In this document: positions 30,010-40,079 of the stretch, piece after piece
Layout: each line of letters opens with the position of its first letter
How positions within the stretch are numbered: position 1 is the first letter of the stretch
Origin: a virus
DNA length: 64,000 bases
Strand: one strand, 5' to 3'
Virus record (IMG/VR): IMGVR_UViG_3300022674_000045
Span: 37,628 to 101,627 of that record
Translations under genes and position numbers: made by a program
The notes under the pieces: generated by a model
What the model was told of the DNA's origin: nothing
The model's input: only the letters and a program-made list of their open reading frames with translations
Databases searched by the model: none

Positions 30010-32202
30010 CTAACTAAATGCTAATGTTTGATCAGCTTCCAAATGATCTTGATGTTGATGTGAAATGATATAAATACATTTCCCTATCTTTATTTTCGAT
30101 AATACCTTTGATACATACTGAATATTTTGCTCATCTAATGCATCAAATATTTCATCAAACAGAAGTATGTTAAATGAGATGTTTTGAATATTCGATAACA
30201 AATCCCCAAGAGTTAAAATGATTGCAATATCAATTATTCTTGTTTGACCTCCTGATAATTGTACTCGAGAATTTGCTCTTGTTTGTGTGTCAAGAACATG
30301 AACCGAAATTTTATCTCTGAACTCTCCAGCTTTTGTCTCGGCTAATGTATCAAATGAAACAACATATCTTCCATTTGTTAGCATATCAAGATAATGTTCT
30401 ACACGCTCATTCATAAATGGAACAGCTTCATCAATTAACATAGAAGGAATGCCTGTTGCAGAGAAACCTGTTTTCCAGAATGATGCCACTTCTTGTAATT
30501 CATCAAACCTAGAAACTCTTTCTTTTGCTGTTTTAATTGCAATCTTATATTCTCTTTCTTTTTTCATGTAATTATTCAATTGAGATTCATCATATTCAGA
30601 AGCTTCAATCTCTTTTATTCTTTGTTCTGATTGTTTAATATCATTCTGAATATTTCTAACATTTTCTTTTATAGATTCAATTTCAGAAAGTTTTTCCTCT
30701 TGAATCTTTCTTTTTTCAAGTAATTCGTTCTTTTGTTCTTGCAATTCACTACTTTTGGTATTTTCTTCTTGTTTAATATTTTGTTCCTCTTGTTTGGCCA
30801 ATTCGAGAACCTTACTCGTTGCTGTTTCAAGCTTGTCTCTGATTGCAGAATATTCTTCCTGTTGTGCTCTCTTAACAGCATTTTGCTCGCTATCATTATG
30901 TTTTAACTCATCATTTGCTTTGTTGCTTTCTTCAGATAGCTTACGGTTCACTTCTGTAATCTTTGTATTAAACTGACCAATCTCTTGTAGATATTGTTTA
31001 ATTTCTTGTCTATATCCTGCAATTTTATCTTCAAGAGTTTTTATCGTTACTTCATCAACCGTTTGTTCACATAATGGACATTCTGATATATCATGATCAA
31101 TCACATGAGTTTGTATTTCTTCAATGCGACCATCCAATGAACTACATGAATTTTCTAATCTATTCTTTTTAATTTCAAGTTCATGTTTTTCTTCTTGAAG
31201 CTCTGCAATCTTGTCAGAAAGTGCCTGTTTGATTTCAACTCTCTTATCTTGCAATTGAACTAAAAGTGTCATATGTTTATCTTTAATCTCTACTTCAGCG
31301 TTCTGTGCGGCACCTTTTAATTCAAGAATCTTGGTTTGCTTTCTATTATCAAGATCTTTAAACCTTTGTGAAAACACTTGTGCCAAATCTTTTAATGTAC
31401 TTTCTATTGTTGCAAGATTTGTTATTGTATCTTCTAACTTAATATCATGATTTTTCTCTAAACCTTCAAGACTCTTTGTCCACTGATTCAGTAGTCTTGT
31501 TGATTCCTCAATTGATTTATTCTTTTCAGCAATGCGTTCTTCTTTTTGCTTGAAGAAATCAACCTTTGATTTTTTCAATAATTCAATTTGCTCTTTTGTA
31601 TCTTCCAACAATCCAATATTAATTTGGATTCTTTTATCAAGTTCAGATCTTTGTTCATTTACATCTTTATATGCCTGATCCGCAAATTTGTAATATGTGA
31701 GAAACATTTCCAGATCTAAAACTTTTCTGAATATTTCTTTCTTTTGTGAGTCAGGAAGATCCGTAAAGAAGTCTTTCACCTTTTGCCCAAACATCAATGC
31801 GTTCATAAATGCTTTTTGCGGACAAATGATTCTTTCAATCAATGGCAATACTTCTTTATGACCCTGTTTAATATCAACACCATTTAAATTTACAATTACG
31901 GTGTTGTTATATTTTGTATATTTGTGGTATCGGGTTACCTTATATTTATCATCATTGACTTTGAATTTGACCCATGTCTTGCAATTTTTTCCGATTTTAT
32001 TATTAACAACATCATCACCTCTAGCTCCCTTAGAAGTGACTCCATACAGAGTAAACGGAATTGCATCTATGGCCATTGTTTTCCCAATACCATTTGGCCC
32101 TGTGATCAATGTAAGCTTATCACTTTCAAATGTCAGGACCATTGGGTCGATATAAGGTCCATAATTTTTCATCCCTACTTCTAAAAAGGTTATGTTTTTC
32201 AT
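30010..32202 (-). CDS. sbcC: SbcC/Rad50-like SMC ATPase (gp46-like)
   Basis: GPNGIGKT Walker A, coiled coil with CPLC hook, LSGGQ signature, LLFDE Walker B, ISH. Confidence 0.93.
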   Translation of the reverse strand: MKNITFLEVGMKNYGPYIDPMVLTFESDKLTLITGPNGIGKTMAIDAIPFTLYGVTSKGARGDDVVNNKIGKNCKTWVKFKVNDDKYKVTRYHKYTKYNNTVIVNLNGVDIKQGHKEVLPLIERIICPQKAFMNALMFGQKVKDFFTDLPDSQKKEIFRKVLDLEMFLTYYKFADQAYKDVNEQRSELDKRIQINIGLLEDTKEQIELLKKSKVDFFKQKEERIAEKNKSIEESTRLLNQWTKSLEGLEKNHDIKLEDTITNLATIESTLKDLAQVFSQRFKDLDNRKQTKILELKGAAQNAEVEIKDKHMTLLVQLQDKRVEIKQALSDKIAELQEEKHELEIKKNRLENSCSSLDGRIEEIQTHVIDHDISECPLCEQTVDEVTIKTLEDKIAGYRQEIKQYLQEIGQFNTKITEVNRKLSEESNKANDELKHNDSEQNAVKRAQQEEYSAIRDKLETATSKVLELAKQEEQNIKQEENTKSSELQEQKNELLEKRKIQEEKLSEIESIKENVRNIQNDIKQSEQRIKEIEASEYDESQLNNYMKKEREYKIAIKTAKERVSRFDELQEVASFWKTGFSATGIPSMLIDEAVPFMNERVEHYLDMLTNGRYVVSFDTLAETKAGEFRDKISVHVLDTQTRANSRVQLSGGQTRIIDIAIILTLGDLLSNIQNISFNILLFDEIFDALDEQNIQYVSKVLSKIKIGKCIYIISHQHQDHLEADQTLAFS

Positions 32203-33236
32203 GCTAGAGATTCTTCCCCTTTTCTGATTATTTCCATAGCGATTTGCATGTAAAGATCATGTTTGTCTTCCGGAATTTCTTTGATCTCCAAATATCTTTT
32301 CAATTTGTCTTCCGTTGACATATTACTTGTAATACCACGATCAGTTATATCTCTATCTGTTTTATCAATTACATTAAATTCCCCTTTAATATCAGATAGA
32401 TCAACTGTTTCTTTCATGATAACTTTAACATGATCTCCAGCTTCCTTTGCCTGCCTTGCCTGTTTAATAGCTTCATCTTTATTATCAGATGTTATTTCAA
32501 TTTGAATATGTTTCTTGTATTTGGTGATTGGGATACTGTCAACTTGTAATGTATCAGAATCAACAATCAAAAATCTTTTCTCGTCCTGCCGCTCTCCCCA
32601 ATCCAATTGAATTAATGAACCAACATAAAATAACCTTACTCCATGCATTGTTATTTCTTGTGGTTTATGATAATGCCCCAACAATACCAATTCGTATTTC
32701 CCTTGTAAATCTTTCATTGATATATTGGATACAATACTCATTCCAGAATTTAATACGCCCTCACTTAATCCAAAATGTGAAATTAATATTCTGGATTTAT
32801 TATATTTTACTTCTTCGGGAACATTATAAGAATATGGAACTAAAAGAATATTCTCATTTTCGATTTGATGTGTATCTTTGAAGCTAACCCAATTGACATT
32901 TGAAATATCTTCCAATGGTCTCAAAGCTGAAACAACATCAGATCCTTTTCCCGATAGATCGTGGTTTCCATCAATAACATAAAATGTTATCAGGTGCGCC
33001 CAATCTTTAAAATATTGAATCATTATATCCTGAGCGATTGCATGAATTATTGATTTGCCATGCAAAACATCCCCACCAATAATGATGGTAAACACATTAT
33101 TTTTTATACAATATTGTGCAACTTCGTATAATGCATTTTTTATACTGCTCAACCGCTCAGGAAGATTCGTTTGGTCCTCGACTTTGTCTTGACCATACCG
33201 TGACAAATGAATGTCTGCAATAAAGGCAAATCTCAT
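32199..33236 (-). CDS. sbcD: SbcD/Mre11-like nuclease (gp47-like)
   Basis: ADIH, GGD, GNHD and GHYH metallophosphoesterase motifs. Confidence 0.92.
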   Translation of the reverse strand: MRFAFIADIHLSRYGQDKVEDQTNLPERLSSIKNALYEVAQYCIKNNVFTIIIGGDVLHGKSIIHAIAQDIMIQYFKDWAHLITFYVIDGNHDLSGKGSDVVSALRPLEDISNVNWVSFKDTHQIENENILLVPYSYNVPEEVKYNKSRILISHFGLSEGVLNSGMSIVSNISMKDLQGKYELVLLGHYHKPQEITMHGVRLFYVGSLIQLDWGERQDEKRFLIVDSDTLQVDSIPITKYKKHIQIEITSDNKDEAIKQARQAKEAGDHVKVIMKETVDLSDIKGEFNVIDKTDRDITDRGITSNMSTEDKLKRYLEIKEIPEDKHDLYMQIAMEIIRKGEESLA

Positions 33237-33469
33237 AATTTTTTTAGATCTCCTTTTTCCTCTATTGGTTGTTCTGGTGGTTCTTCTTTTTGCTCTATAG
33301 CATCCCTTTGTTTCTCTTGCTCTTGTGTGATAACTTCAATATTCTGTATATTTTCTTTAAAGCTATCGGACACATTGATTGCTGTTGGAATAACTATAGC
33401 TGCCATAATTAGAACTATAACTATAGCAACCAATAACTCCACAAGAGTAAACCCTTTTTTATTCAACAT
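33233..33469 (-). CDS. Mini type IV pilin-like protein (prepilin N-terminal cleavage/methylation motif)
   Basis: MLNKKG-FTLVELLVAIVIVLIMAAIVIP class III signal with Glu5; short acidic C-terminus. Confidence 0.8.
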   Translation of the reverse strand: MLNKKGFTLVELLVAIVIVLIMAAIVIPTAINVSDSFKENIQNIEVITQEQEKQRDAIEQKEEPPEQPIEEKGDLKKL

Positions 33470-33914
33470 CTTTATCACTCCTTTTAACATTACAAAATGT
33501 ACTTAAATCAATATGATTTAATAATATATTAAGAACTTTCTCCTGTTGAATACCCATGATAATATCTTCGCTACTTGATGAAATATCGACAGACGAAACT
33601 AAAAGATCTTTATCCCCAAGATAATTCATTAGAACTTCGTATGTTCTACTATCAAGACCAAGACCATCCCCATATTCACCCCTATAAAGAGATTCTCCAC
33701 TTTTTAATTCTTCAATACAGCCAATAATATCTTGAGGAATCATTTCTATAAATATTTCTCTTTCATCATCTGCCATTTCATCAAAGTCTGCCCATTTAAG
33801 CATTTCTTCGATTGCGGGTTTAATATCATCACGTCTCACTTCAAAATCATTTGGAATGAAAACTATATAACAGGTGGATGAACTATTTGTTACAAAATCA
33901 GATTTTATTTTCAT
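33459..33914 (-). CDS. DFVTNSS-motif protein 3
   Basis: N-terminus MKIKSDFVTNSSS at 33914. Confidence 0.75.
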   Translation of the reverse strand: MKIKSDFVTNSSSTCYIVFIPNDFEVRRDDIKPAIEEMLKWADFDEMADDEREIFIEMIPQDIIGCIEELKSGESLYRGEYGDGLGLDSRTYEVLMNYLGDKDLLVSSVDISSSSEDIIMGIQQEKVLNILLNHIDLSTFCNVKRSDKDVE

Positions 33915-34219
33915 TAGTAACATCCTTCATGATGAATATGATCTTCATCTATCCCCATGTTAATTAGAAATTTTATCATATCAAAATTGTCCATTGAGGT
34001 TTCTCCTGCAATGTTGTTTTCAGTTTCTGTAATTTTCCAAGCATCATATTTACTCCAAGACCAATTTGCATTAGGGTCTTCATTTCGTCCACCATAATAT
34101 TGCTCGGCAATTTTCATATGATTGTGGATCATGAATATTTGTAGATCTGTCAGATGTTTTTTCTGAATAACAAAACTTGCACATGAACTGTTTGTTACAA
34201 AATCTGTTTTTAATTTCAT
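33914..34219 (-). CDS. DFVTNSS-motif protein 4
   Basis: N-terminus MKLKTDFVTNSSC at 34219. Confidence 0.75.
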   Translation of the reverse strand: MKLKTDFVTNSSCASFVIQKKHLTDLQIFMIHNHMKIAEQYYGGRNEDPNANWSWSKYDAWKITETENNIAGETSMDNFDMIKFLINMGIDEDHIHHEGCY

Positions 34220-34224
34220 TTTTT

Positions 34225-34566
34225 CTACCTCAGATATTCTTCGAACCTCCAATCAAAATTTTCAGATGATCCTCCATCTCGAAGAATATAATCAAATACA
34301 CGACCGATCAATGTTCCCTGTTCATCACCGAATACTATATATTTCGCTTCACCTGGTTTGAAGAACTCATTGTTTTCTTGTGCTGACATAAGAAGATTTT
34401 CTTGTGTATATTCTTCTTCATTACACTTATACATCTCAACAAATTCTTTAATCAGTTGTGGGTTTTCTTCCACAAAATTAAATAGAGATAATTTTTTGTC
34501 AGATGTGTTTTGAATAATAAAAGCTGTTGAACTACTATTGGTGACAAAATCAATTTTAAATTTCAT
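34225..34566 (-). CDS. DFVTNSS-motif protein 5
   Basis: N-terminus MKFKIDFVTNSSS. Confidence 0.75.
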   Translation of the reverse strand: MKFKIDFVTNSSSTAFIIQNTSDKKLSLFNFVEENPQLIKEFVEMYKCNEEEYTQENLLMSAQENNEFFKPGEAKYIVFGDEQGTLIGRVFDYILRDGGSSENFDWRFEEYLR

Positions 34567-34567
34567 A

Positions 34568-35965
34568 TCATTTACCCTCCAATATATTAAAGGCCACGTC
34601 CTTGTCTATTTTATTTAATTTGTTATTTGCGAATAACAAATATTGAACTGGCCATTTCTTCATTTCATAAAAATTCACTCTACTATATAATGTCCTTGCA
34701 ATTTCAGGACAATCGTAATCGACCATATCAATGATGATTGGTGTTTGTTTCCCTGGATATGATCTCAAAACACGTCCACTTAATTGATCAATGTTTGATA
34801 TTGGAGATGTTGTAATGATTGCATCTTTCCACGGAGCATCAATTCCATCCCTACATTTTCCAGGTGTTGCAAATGTAAAATGTTGATTTAATTCTTTAAG
34901 ACTTGCAGATTTATAAAACTTTGATTTACTTGGAAATACAAGCCAATCATAAAATTCATCAATCAGCTTTGTTCTCTCAAGAATCATTATTGCATGTCTA
35001 TCATGTTTTATTTTATTCATTAACCCTTGAGCTAATGTTACAAATGTTTGTGACTTTTTCATTTGGTTTAAATATCGTGCTCTTTGAAATTGCCCGCCCC
35101 ATCGGATATATCCTCCACTCTTTGATGATATACCATAATCAGCTAAGATGACTGTTACTCTTGCATCCATTGTTCCTTCCGTATCATCATCTATAAATAT
35201 ATCACCCAAATGAAATTCAATGATGTCTCCATTCCCATCATATCTGTATGGGGTTGCGCTTAAACCATATGTATATTTTGATGGCATATGTATTGAGCAT
35301 TCTGAAAATGTTGGAGCTCCAACTGATGTATGAACTTCATCAGCTACAAATATTCCAATATTCGCTTCATGCAATGCCTTTAAAAATTCCATTCTATTTC
35401 TATTTAACAATGAAATGAATGTTTGAGTCGTTGAAATAATAATTGGTTTCTTTAAATCTTCTTCAAATGTTGCTGATGTGATTCTTGATATATCATCAAA
35501 TGATATATTTGTGAAATCTGTAAATCGTTTTTTCCATTGCTCTGCTAAACTATCACGGTGAACTAAAATTAATGATTTTCTTTTTCGTGTTGCAATCATG
35601 TAGATTGTAATAACAGTTTTTCCAACACCAGGCGATAGCTGCAAAATTCCATTTTCATTCGATAATATATACTGAATTGCTTTTTCTTGGGTAACACTTC
35701 TTGGCTTGATAATATGTTTAATATCAATTACTTCCCCATCATGAGTTCGGTCTTCTATTTTATAATCAAATAGAAATTGTTGAATCGGGAAGTTCCTAGG
35801 AATCAAAAGGAACTTCTCCGACTCAATATAGAATTTGTTTACAACAAATGTTGATCTGTTATATTCTTTTGACCGGCGCTCTAAGAATTCTCTTATTTTA
35901 ATGTAGAACTCTTTATATTCGTGTTCCTTTGAAATTAACAATCCAGAGCGCTTTATGATATTCAT
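34568..35965 (-). CDS. SF2 DExH helicase, UvsW-like
   Basis: SPGVGKT, DEVH, SAT and QLSGRVLR motifs; probable start MNIIKRS. Confidence 0.88.
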   Translation of the reverse strand: MNIIKRSGLLISKEHEYKEFYIKIREFLERRSKEYNRSTFVVNKFYIESEKFLLIPRNFPIQQFLFDYKIEDRTHDGEVIDIKHIIKPRSVTQEKAIQYILSNENGILQLSPGVGKTVITIYMIATRKRKSLILVHRDSLAEQWKKRFTDFTNISFDDISRITSATFEEDLKKPIIISTTQTFISLLNRNRMEFLKALHEANIGIFVADEVHTSVGAPTFSECSIHMPSKYTYGLSATPYRYDGNGDIIEFHLGDIFIDDDTEGTMDARVTVILADYGISSKSGGYIRWGGQFQRARYLNQMKKSQTFVTLAQGLMNKIKHDRHAIMILERTKLIDEFYDWLVFPSKSKFYKSASLKELNQHFTFATPGKCRDGIDAPWKDAIITTSPISNIDQLSGRVLRSYPGKQTPIIIDMVDYDCPEIARTLYSRVNFYEMKKWPVQYLLFANNKLNKIDKDVAFNILEGK

Positions 35966-36384
35966 TATTCTGTATATGTCGCCTTGGAATTTTCGTTTTC
36001 GTAAACTGTTACATAATCCATCATAACGCCGGGATGTTTTAAGCAAAGAACAACTGCTAAATTTCTATATAAGCTTTCTGATAATCTTTCCGCCGTTGGA
36101 TCATAATGAACAAGCATTGTTCGCATTCCCATACTGTCCAACTGATCTGCTATCTCTTTATCTTTGTCATTCAATAAAAGACAATGATCAAAAGTATCAA
36201 GATATGCATTAACCATTGATTTCAATTCAGCAAAATCCAATACCATATCATTATCATTTAATTCTTTAGCTTTTAACCCGACTAACACCGTGAAATTGTG
36301 ACCATGAATTGAGAAACAACGACCTTTATGTTTACTCAATCTATGACCAATCGGCAATGTGAATCTTTTTTCTATTTTAAACAT
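35965..36384 (-). CDS. queD: 6-carboxy-5,6,7,8-tetrahydropterin synthase
   Basis: GHRL, C..IHGHN, DH..LN and PTAE motifs. Confidence 0.9.
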   Translation of the reverse strand: MFKIEKRFTLPIGHRLSKHKGRCFSIHGHNFTVLVGLKAKELNDNDMVLDFAELKSMVNAYLDTFDHCLLLNDKDKEIADQLDSMGMRTMLVHYDPTAERLSESLYRNLAVVLCLKHPGVMMDYVTVYENENSKATYTE

Positions 36385-36755
36385 TAACTTCCTCCTCCAT
36401 TATAGGGTGAAACTGAATGAACGTGGCCTCCAAGATTAGAAGGAGAAATGGTATACATTCGATCATGATAACCACCAGGATTACTTTTAACATTAACCGA
36501 TATATCCATCCCAATCTTTCTACCTTCTTCATAAATCATTTGAATAAGTTTTTGAATATTTGAATACACAACGGTTCCTCTGAGATTTGGATCTATATCA
36601 TCATATCGTCCCATTGCATTTTGAACCCAATCACGTCCACCAGCTCCATGACATTCTGGGCAAACATCATATAAACTTCCACAAATTTTTGATGGAATTA
36701 CTTTGTTCCCTCTGCATGTTTCACAATCATGCCATGCTTTTTTATTAGAATCCAT
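36384..36755 (-). CDS. Hypothetical protein with DnaJ-type CxxCxGxG Zn finger
   Basis: CETCRG and CPECHGAG; probable start MDSNKK. Confidence 0.6.
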   Translation of the reverse strand: MDSNKKAWHDCETCRGNKVIPSKICGSLYDVCPECHGAGGRDWVQNAMGRYDDIDPNLRGTVVYSNIQKLIQMIYEEGRKIGMDISVNVKSNPGGYHDRMYTISPSNLGGHVHSVSPYNGGGS

Positions 36756-38043
36756 TGTACTGCTCCAATACAAATTTATCCAATTCTGCAAGATGTGTTT
36801 GTAATTCGTTTTTCTTATTATTTAAATCAGATGTATCTGTATCAATGGTTAATAATTTATTGATCTTATATTTATTCATCAACCCTTGTGCAATTTCTTT
36901 TGATACATCTGTTTGTTTTTCAATTTGGTCAAGTATTTTATCTGCTGTCAATTTGGTTGCAATTCCGCTTGCAATAATCGGCCTTATTTTGATTAATGCT
37001 TGATACTCTAATATGTTTGAGTTAATCTTTTCAATTTCATGATTCAACATCAATTCATTCGTTTTGGAAAACATATTGTATGTATCTAATAGCATATTAT
37101 CAACTGACTTTGTTGATACTGTTTGATTTGCATCAACAACTACAACTTCAAATGAAATGAATCCCTTTACAGCTTCATTTAAAGTTTCTATAAAATCTTT
37201 AAATATTCGATCTCTATTTCTTTCACGAATAACTTGAAACACAATGTTTGTTTCATTAACTGACAAATCCGTAAACCCAATCATCCCATCATTTAATTCT
37301 TTTGAGAATTTATTTAAGAATGACTGGAACCTTTTTCCTGGAGGCCATGATTTCAAAGTTGCTGTATTTGTTCGGACATCAATATCAACAATTCCTTCGA
37401 CTTCAATTTTGGCCTTACCTGTTGTTAGTAACTTTTCTAAATCTTTACTATCTGACAATATTCTGCAATCTGTCAATGGTGCAATTATTGGTTGTCTCTT
37501 TCGTATATCCAATAACCACAACAATCTTTGATAAAGATCTTTCAATGCATAACAAGGAATATATGTCTTAAAACCAAATCCGATTCCCTGTGTGTATTCC
37601 GTACCCATTAAACAAAATGGAAACATCGTTGGCAAATGAATTGGTTCACGATCTCCCAACTCACTATCAATCCACGGAGCATGTTCAACATATTTAAATG
37701 CCATGTCAACTGTTTTTGGATGCATTTGACATTCTGTATATCTTGGAGCGGCTGGACCAACAGGTTCAACTCCAACATTTGTGCCAAAATTGCCTTGTCC
37801 AATTAAAAATCCTTGACGAACTAATTGAACAATTGTTCCATAACATTCACCATGCGGATGATAATGACCAATCGTATATGCGTCTACCTGTCTCGATTTT
37901 ACAAACTTTTGTCTTGCAATTTTATATGCTGACAACAATACCCTTCTCTCAACAGGTTTCAGTCCATCAATGTCTAATGGAAAGTTTCGATAATTTGAAT
38001 ATGCACCATAGTCCTTATACAGCCTCGGTAGGTTGTAATCCAT
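36745..38043 (-). CDS. Type IIA topoisomerase A subunit (GyrA/ParC-like, no CTD)
   Basis: DGLKPVERR, YHPHG and AAPRYTE catalytic Tyr; 432 aa. Confidence 0.9.
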   Translation of the reverse strand: MDYNLPRLYKDYGAYSNYRNFPLDIDGLKPVERRVLLSAYKIARQKFVKSRQVDAYTIGHYHPHGECYGTIVQLVRQGFLIGQGNFGTNVGVEPVGPAAPRYTECQMHPKTVDMAFKYVEHAPWIDSELGDREPIHLPTMFPFCLMGTEYTQGIGFGFKTYIPCYALKDLYQRLLWLLDIRKRQPIIAPLTDCRILSDSKDLEKLLTTGKAKIEVEGIVDIDVRTNTATLKSWPPGKRFQSFLNKFSKELNDGMIGFTDLSVNETNIVFQVIRERNRDRIFKDFIETLNEAVKGFISFEVVVVDANQTVSTKSVDNMLLDTYNMFSKTNELMLNHEIEKINSNILEYQALIKIRPIIASGIATKLTADKILDQIEKQTDVSKEIAQGLMNKYKINKLLTIDTDTSDLNNKKNELQTHLAELDKFVLEQYNGF

Positions 38044-38455
38044 ATCGTTTTATAAGCTCCTCTGTTTCTTCTTTTGATGCGTCTCTCATAATGGGGAATT
38101 TCGGCCTTCCAATACCTACGTCTGCGCCGATCATATCTTCCCCTTGTAATATTTTGATTGGGTCCACTAAATTACTTGCAAAATTTGTCATGAAGACTTT
38201 TCCTTGACCGGTATCAAAGATATAAGAATAATCTGTCATGCGACTATCACTCCATAACCACGGCCATGGATCTCCATTATCTTTTATGATCCCATCCTCT
38301 TTTAAAAAATCAAGAACCATTTCTTCAAACATGATCTTTGTATTTTGAATAAGGATTTTAAGATTTATTCCATCAGGATACCCATCATGTGGTATACTCC
38401 CCAACCATTCTAATGAACCATCATGATCCATTATGTAGAAGTCAGCTTTTGTCAT
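38015..38455 (-). CDS. Hypothetical protein
   Basis: 146-aa ORF; T.ADFY..HDGYP motif. Confidence 0.65.
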   Translation of the reverse strand: MTKADFYIMDHDGSLEWLGSIPHDGYPDGINLKILIQNTKIMFEEMVLDFLKEDGIIKDNGDPWPWLWSDSRMTDYSYIFDTGQGKVFMTNFASNLVDPIKILQGEDMIGADVGIGRPKFPIMRDASKEETEELIKRYGLQPTEAV

Positions 38456-38471
38456 TGTGAAACTCTCTTTC

Positions 38472-38765
38472 TTAGGACTCGTTAATGATTTCCAATATTT
38501 TCATAAAGGACGGAACATCTCCATTTTGAACAATCTTTTTATCTTCGTAGGGATTCAACAATCTTCTTCTTAATTCACATTCAGCATCATGAACTGCATC
38601 TATCCATTCTGATACATTTGTGTATGATATCTTTTCACTTAAAATAACTCTCCCTACCAGCTCACATATTGCATAGTTGAGGTCGCCTTTACTTTCAATA
38701 AACATAAATAAATCATTGATTGCATCAGACATCTCATATTTTTGTTCATCTTTGATATAAGGCAT
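38472..38765 (-). CDS. Conserved phage hypothetical protein (MPYIK..GDLNY family)
   Basis: 97 aa; MPYIK, GDLNYAI and ELRRR..PYED.KI..NGDV pattern. Confidence 0.65.
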   Translation of the reverse strand: MPYIKDEQKYEMSDAINDLFMFIESKGDLNYAICELVGRVILSEKISYTNVSEWIDAVHDAECELRRRLLNPYEDKKIVQNGDVPSFMKILEIINES

Positions 38766-38766
38766 A

Positions 38767-38937
38767 TTACTTCTTCTCCTTAATCAAATTGCATGTCAAG
38801 GGTTTCTTTCCCTTTTGTGGTTCTAGAATCTTTTTGGTTTTCTTTCCCCATGCACAAACCATTTGGTTCATGTCATTCTTTTCCATCTTGTCACATGCAA
38901 GACAATCCATCGTTAAAGTTTTCTTATATGTTCCCAA
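38767..38937 (-). CDS. Small Cys-rich hypothetical protein (56 aa, not in ORF track)
   Basis: TTG start after GGAG; MGTYKKTLTMDCLACDK..VCAWG..TCNL; fills an intergenic gap. Confidence 0.5.
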   Translation of the reverse strand: MGTYKKTLTMDCLACDKMEKNDMNQMVCAWGKKTKKILEPQKGKKPLTCNLIKEKK

Positions 38938-39148
38938 TGTCTACATCTCCTTGATCAACAATATTTATTTCGACTGGTCCCTCAAGACTATAATCCCATT
39001 GCCAATCACGTTTCCCAAATCCTGCACCAGTATCAAATGTGATACCAATCTCTTGAAGCTTCTTTTCAATTTCAAATAGAGTTTTGAGACCATCCTGACC
39101 AAGGGCCTCCATATCAAATGAGATTATAACACCCATTTTGTTTCTCAT
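38924..39148 (-). CDS. Hypothetical protein
   Basis: 74-aa ORF coupled to neighbours. Confidence 0.55.
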   Translation of the reverse strand: MRNKMGVIISFDMEALGQDGLKTLFEIEKKLQEIGITFDTGAGFGKRDWQWDYSLEGPVEINIVDQGDVDIGNI

Positions 39149-39507
39149 TATCTTCTCCCTATTTCCCTTGCTTTTTTATAAATAAGGTTTCTCATCTTAT
39201 TTTTACTCCCAGATGAGCATTTGTATTCATCAATATATTCATCAATAAATTTTGATGCTGTTCTAATTGTTCTCCCTTTAAATTTAATATCCAACTCTTC
39301 TTCTATATCTTTTATAAGTCTTAGTTGTTTACCTGTTGGTGGGAACCGTTTATTCAGATCTAATTTGATCTGTTTGTTTTCTTCTGCATGTTCTTTAATA
39401 AATAGATCAGCATCTTTCCTTGTTGGATTCCCTTCAAATTCAACTCCAACATTTTTTTCGATATCCCTAACATAATTCTTTTGAAGATTTGTCCATAATG
39501 CCATCAT
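39148..39507 (-). CDS. Hypothetical protein with a tandem ~36-aa repeat
   Basis: T..Q...DIE....F.G..T...A..FI.E occurs twice. Confidence 0.6.
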   Translation of the reverse strand: MMALWTNLQKNYVRDIEKNVGVEFEGNPTRKDADLFIKEHAEENKQIKLDLNKRFPPTGKQLRLIKDIEEELDIKFKGRTIRTASKFIDEYIDEYKCSSGSKNKMRNLIYKKAREIGRR

Positions 39508-39549
39508 TCTTTCCTTAATTGCTAATGTTTTTATACACTGTCAATCCCT

Positions 39550-39801
39550 TCAATCAAACTTGGTTACTTGTTTCTTTTTAGGAGGTGGGTTATCAAGAGC
39601 TGATATATATGACTGGCATATTTGTCGAACTAAATCTGCAGATCTTCTACTACTTACCCAAGCACTATTAGAAATCCCTTCAATGCAGGTTATTATATGG
39701 TTTGTTATTTCTTTTTGCATTTCTGGTTGTCCCTTATACATTGTATCGTATTCAATCAAATTAGTTGCAACTTCGACTAATAGAAGTTTGTTTTTGTTCA
39801 T
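39550..39801 (-). CDS. Hypothetical protein
   Basis: 83 aa with AGGAG SD. Confidence 0.55.
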   Translation of the reverse strand: MNKNKLLLVEVATNLIEYDTMYKGQPEMQKEITNHIITCIEGISNSAWVSSRRSADLVRQICQSYISALDNPPPKKKQVTKFD

Positions 39802-39814
39802 TAAGGTGTCTCCT

Positions 39815-40066
39815 TTATACTAAACCGTTGACAAATTCTTCCCATCCTTCTTCAAATATGGTTTCTTCAATTTCTTCTAATTTTTCCAGGTATTTATTGC
39901 ATACGAAATTGAATGAATCATTAGAAACAAATCCTGGTGAAAATATTTTACCTCCAGGATATCTTTTCTTTCTTTTTGGTCTTTCTATTATCGGTAAATT
40001 TTGTTCAATGTCTTCTTCGACATCTTCTATTTGTAATTTTTTAGTTTTAGGCATGTTAATCACCAT
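39815..40066 (-). CDS. Hypothetical protein
   Basis: 83-aa ORF. Confidence 0.5.
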   Translation of the reverse strand: MVINMPKTKKLQIEDVEEDIEQNLPIIERPKRKKRYPGGKIFSPGFVSNDSFNFVCNKYLEKLEEIEETIFEEGWEEFVNGLV

Positions 40067-40079
40067 CTAAAGTTAAGTG

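Noticed and set aside
29253-34566. DFVTN-S motif as an ultra-short split-intein C-fragment
   Set aside because: It lacks the penultimate His and block F, and no N-intein partner is seen in the window; it cannot be supported from sequence alone
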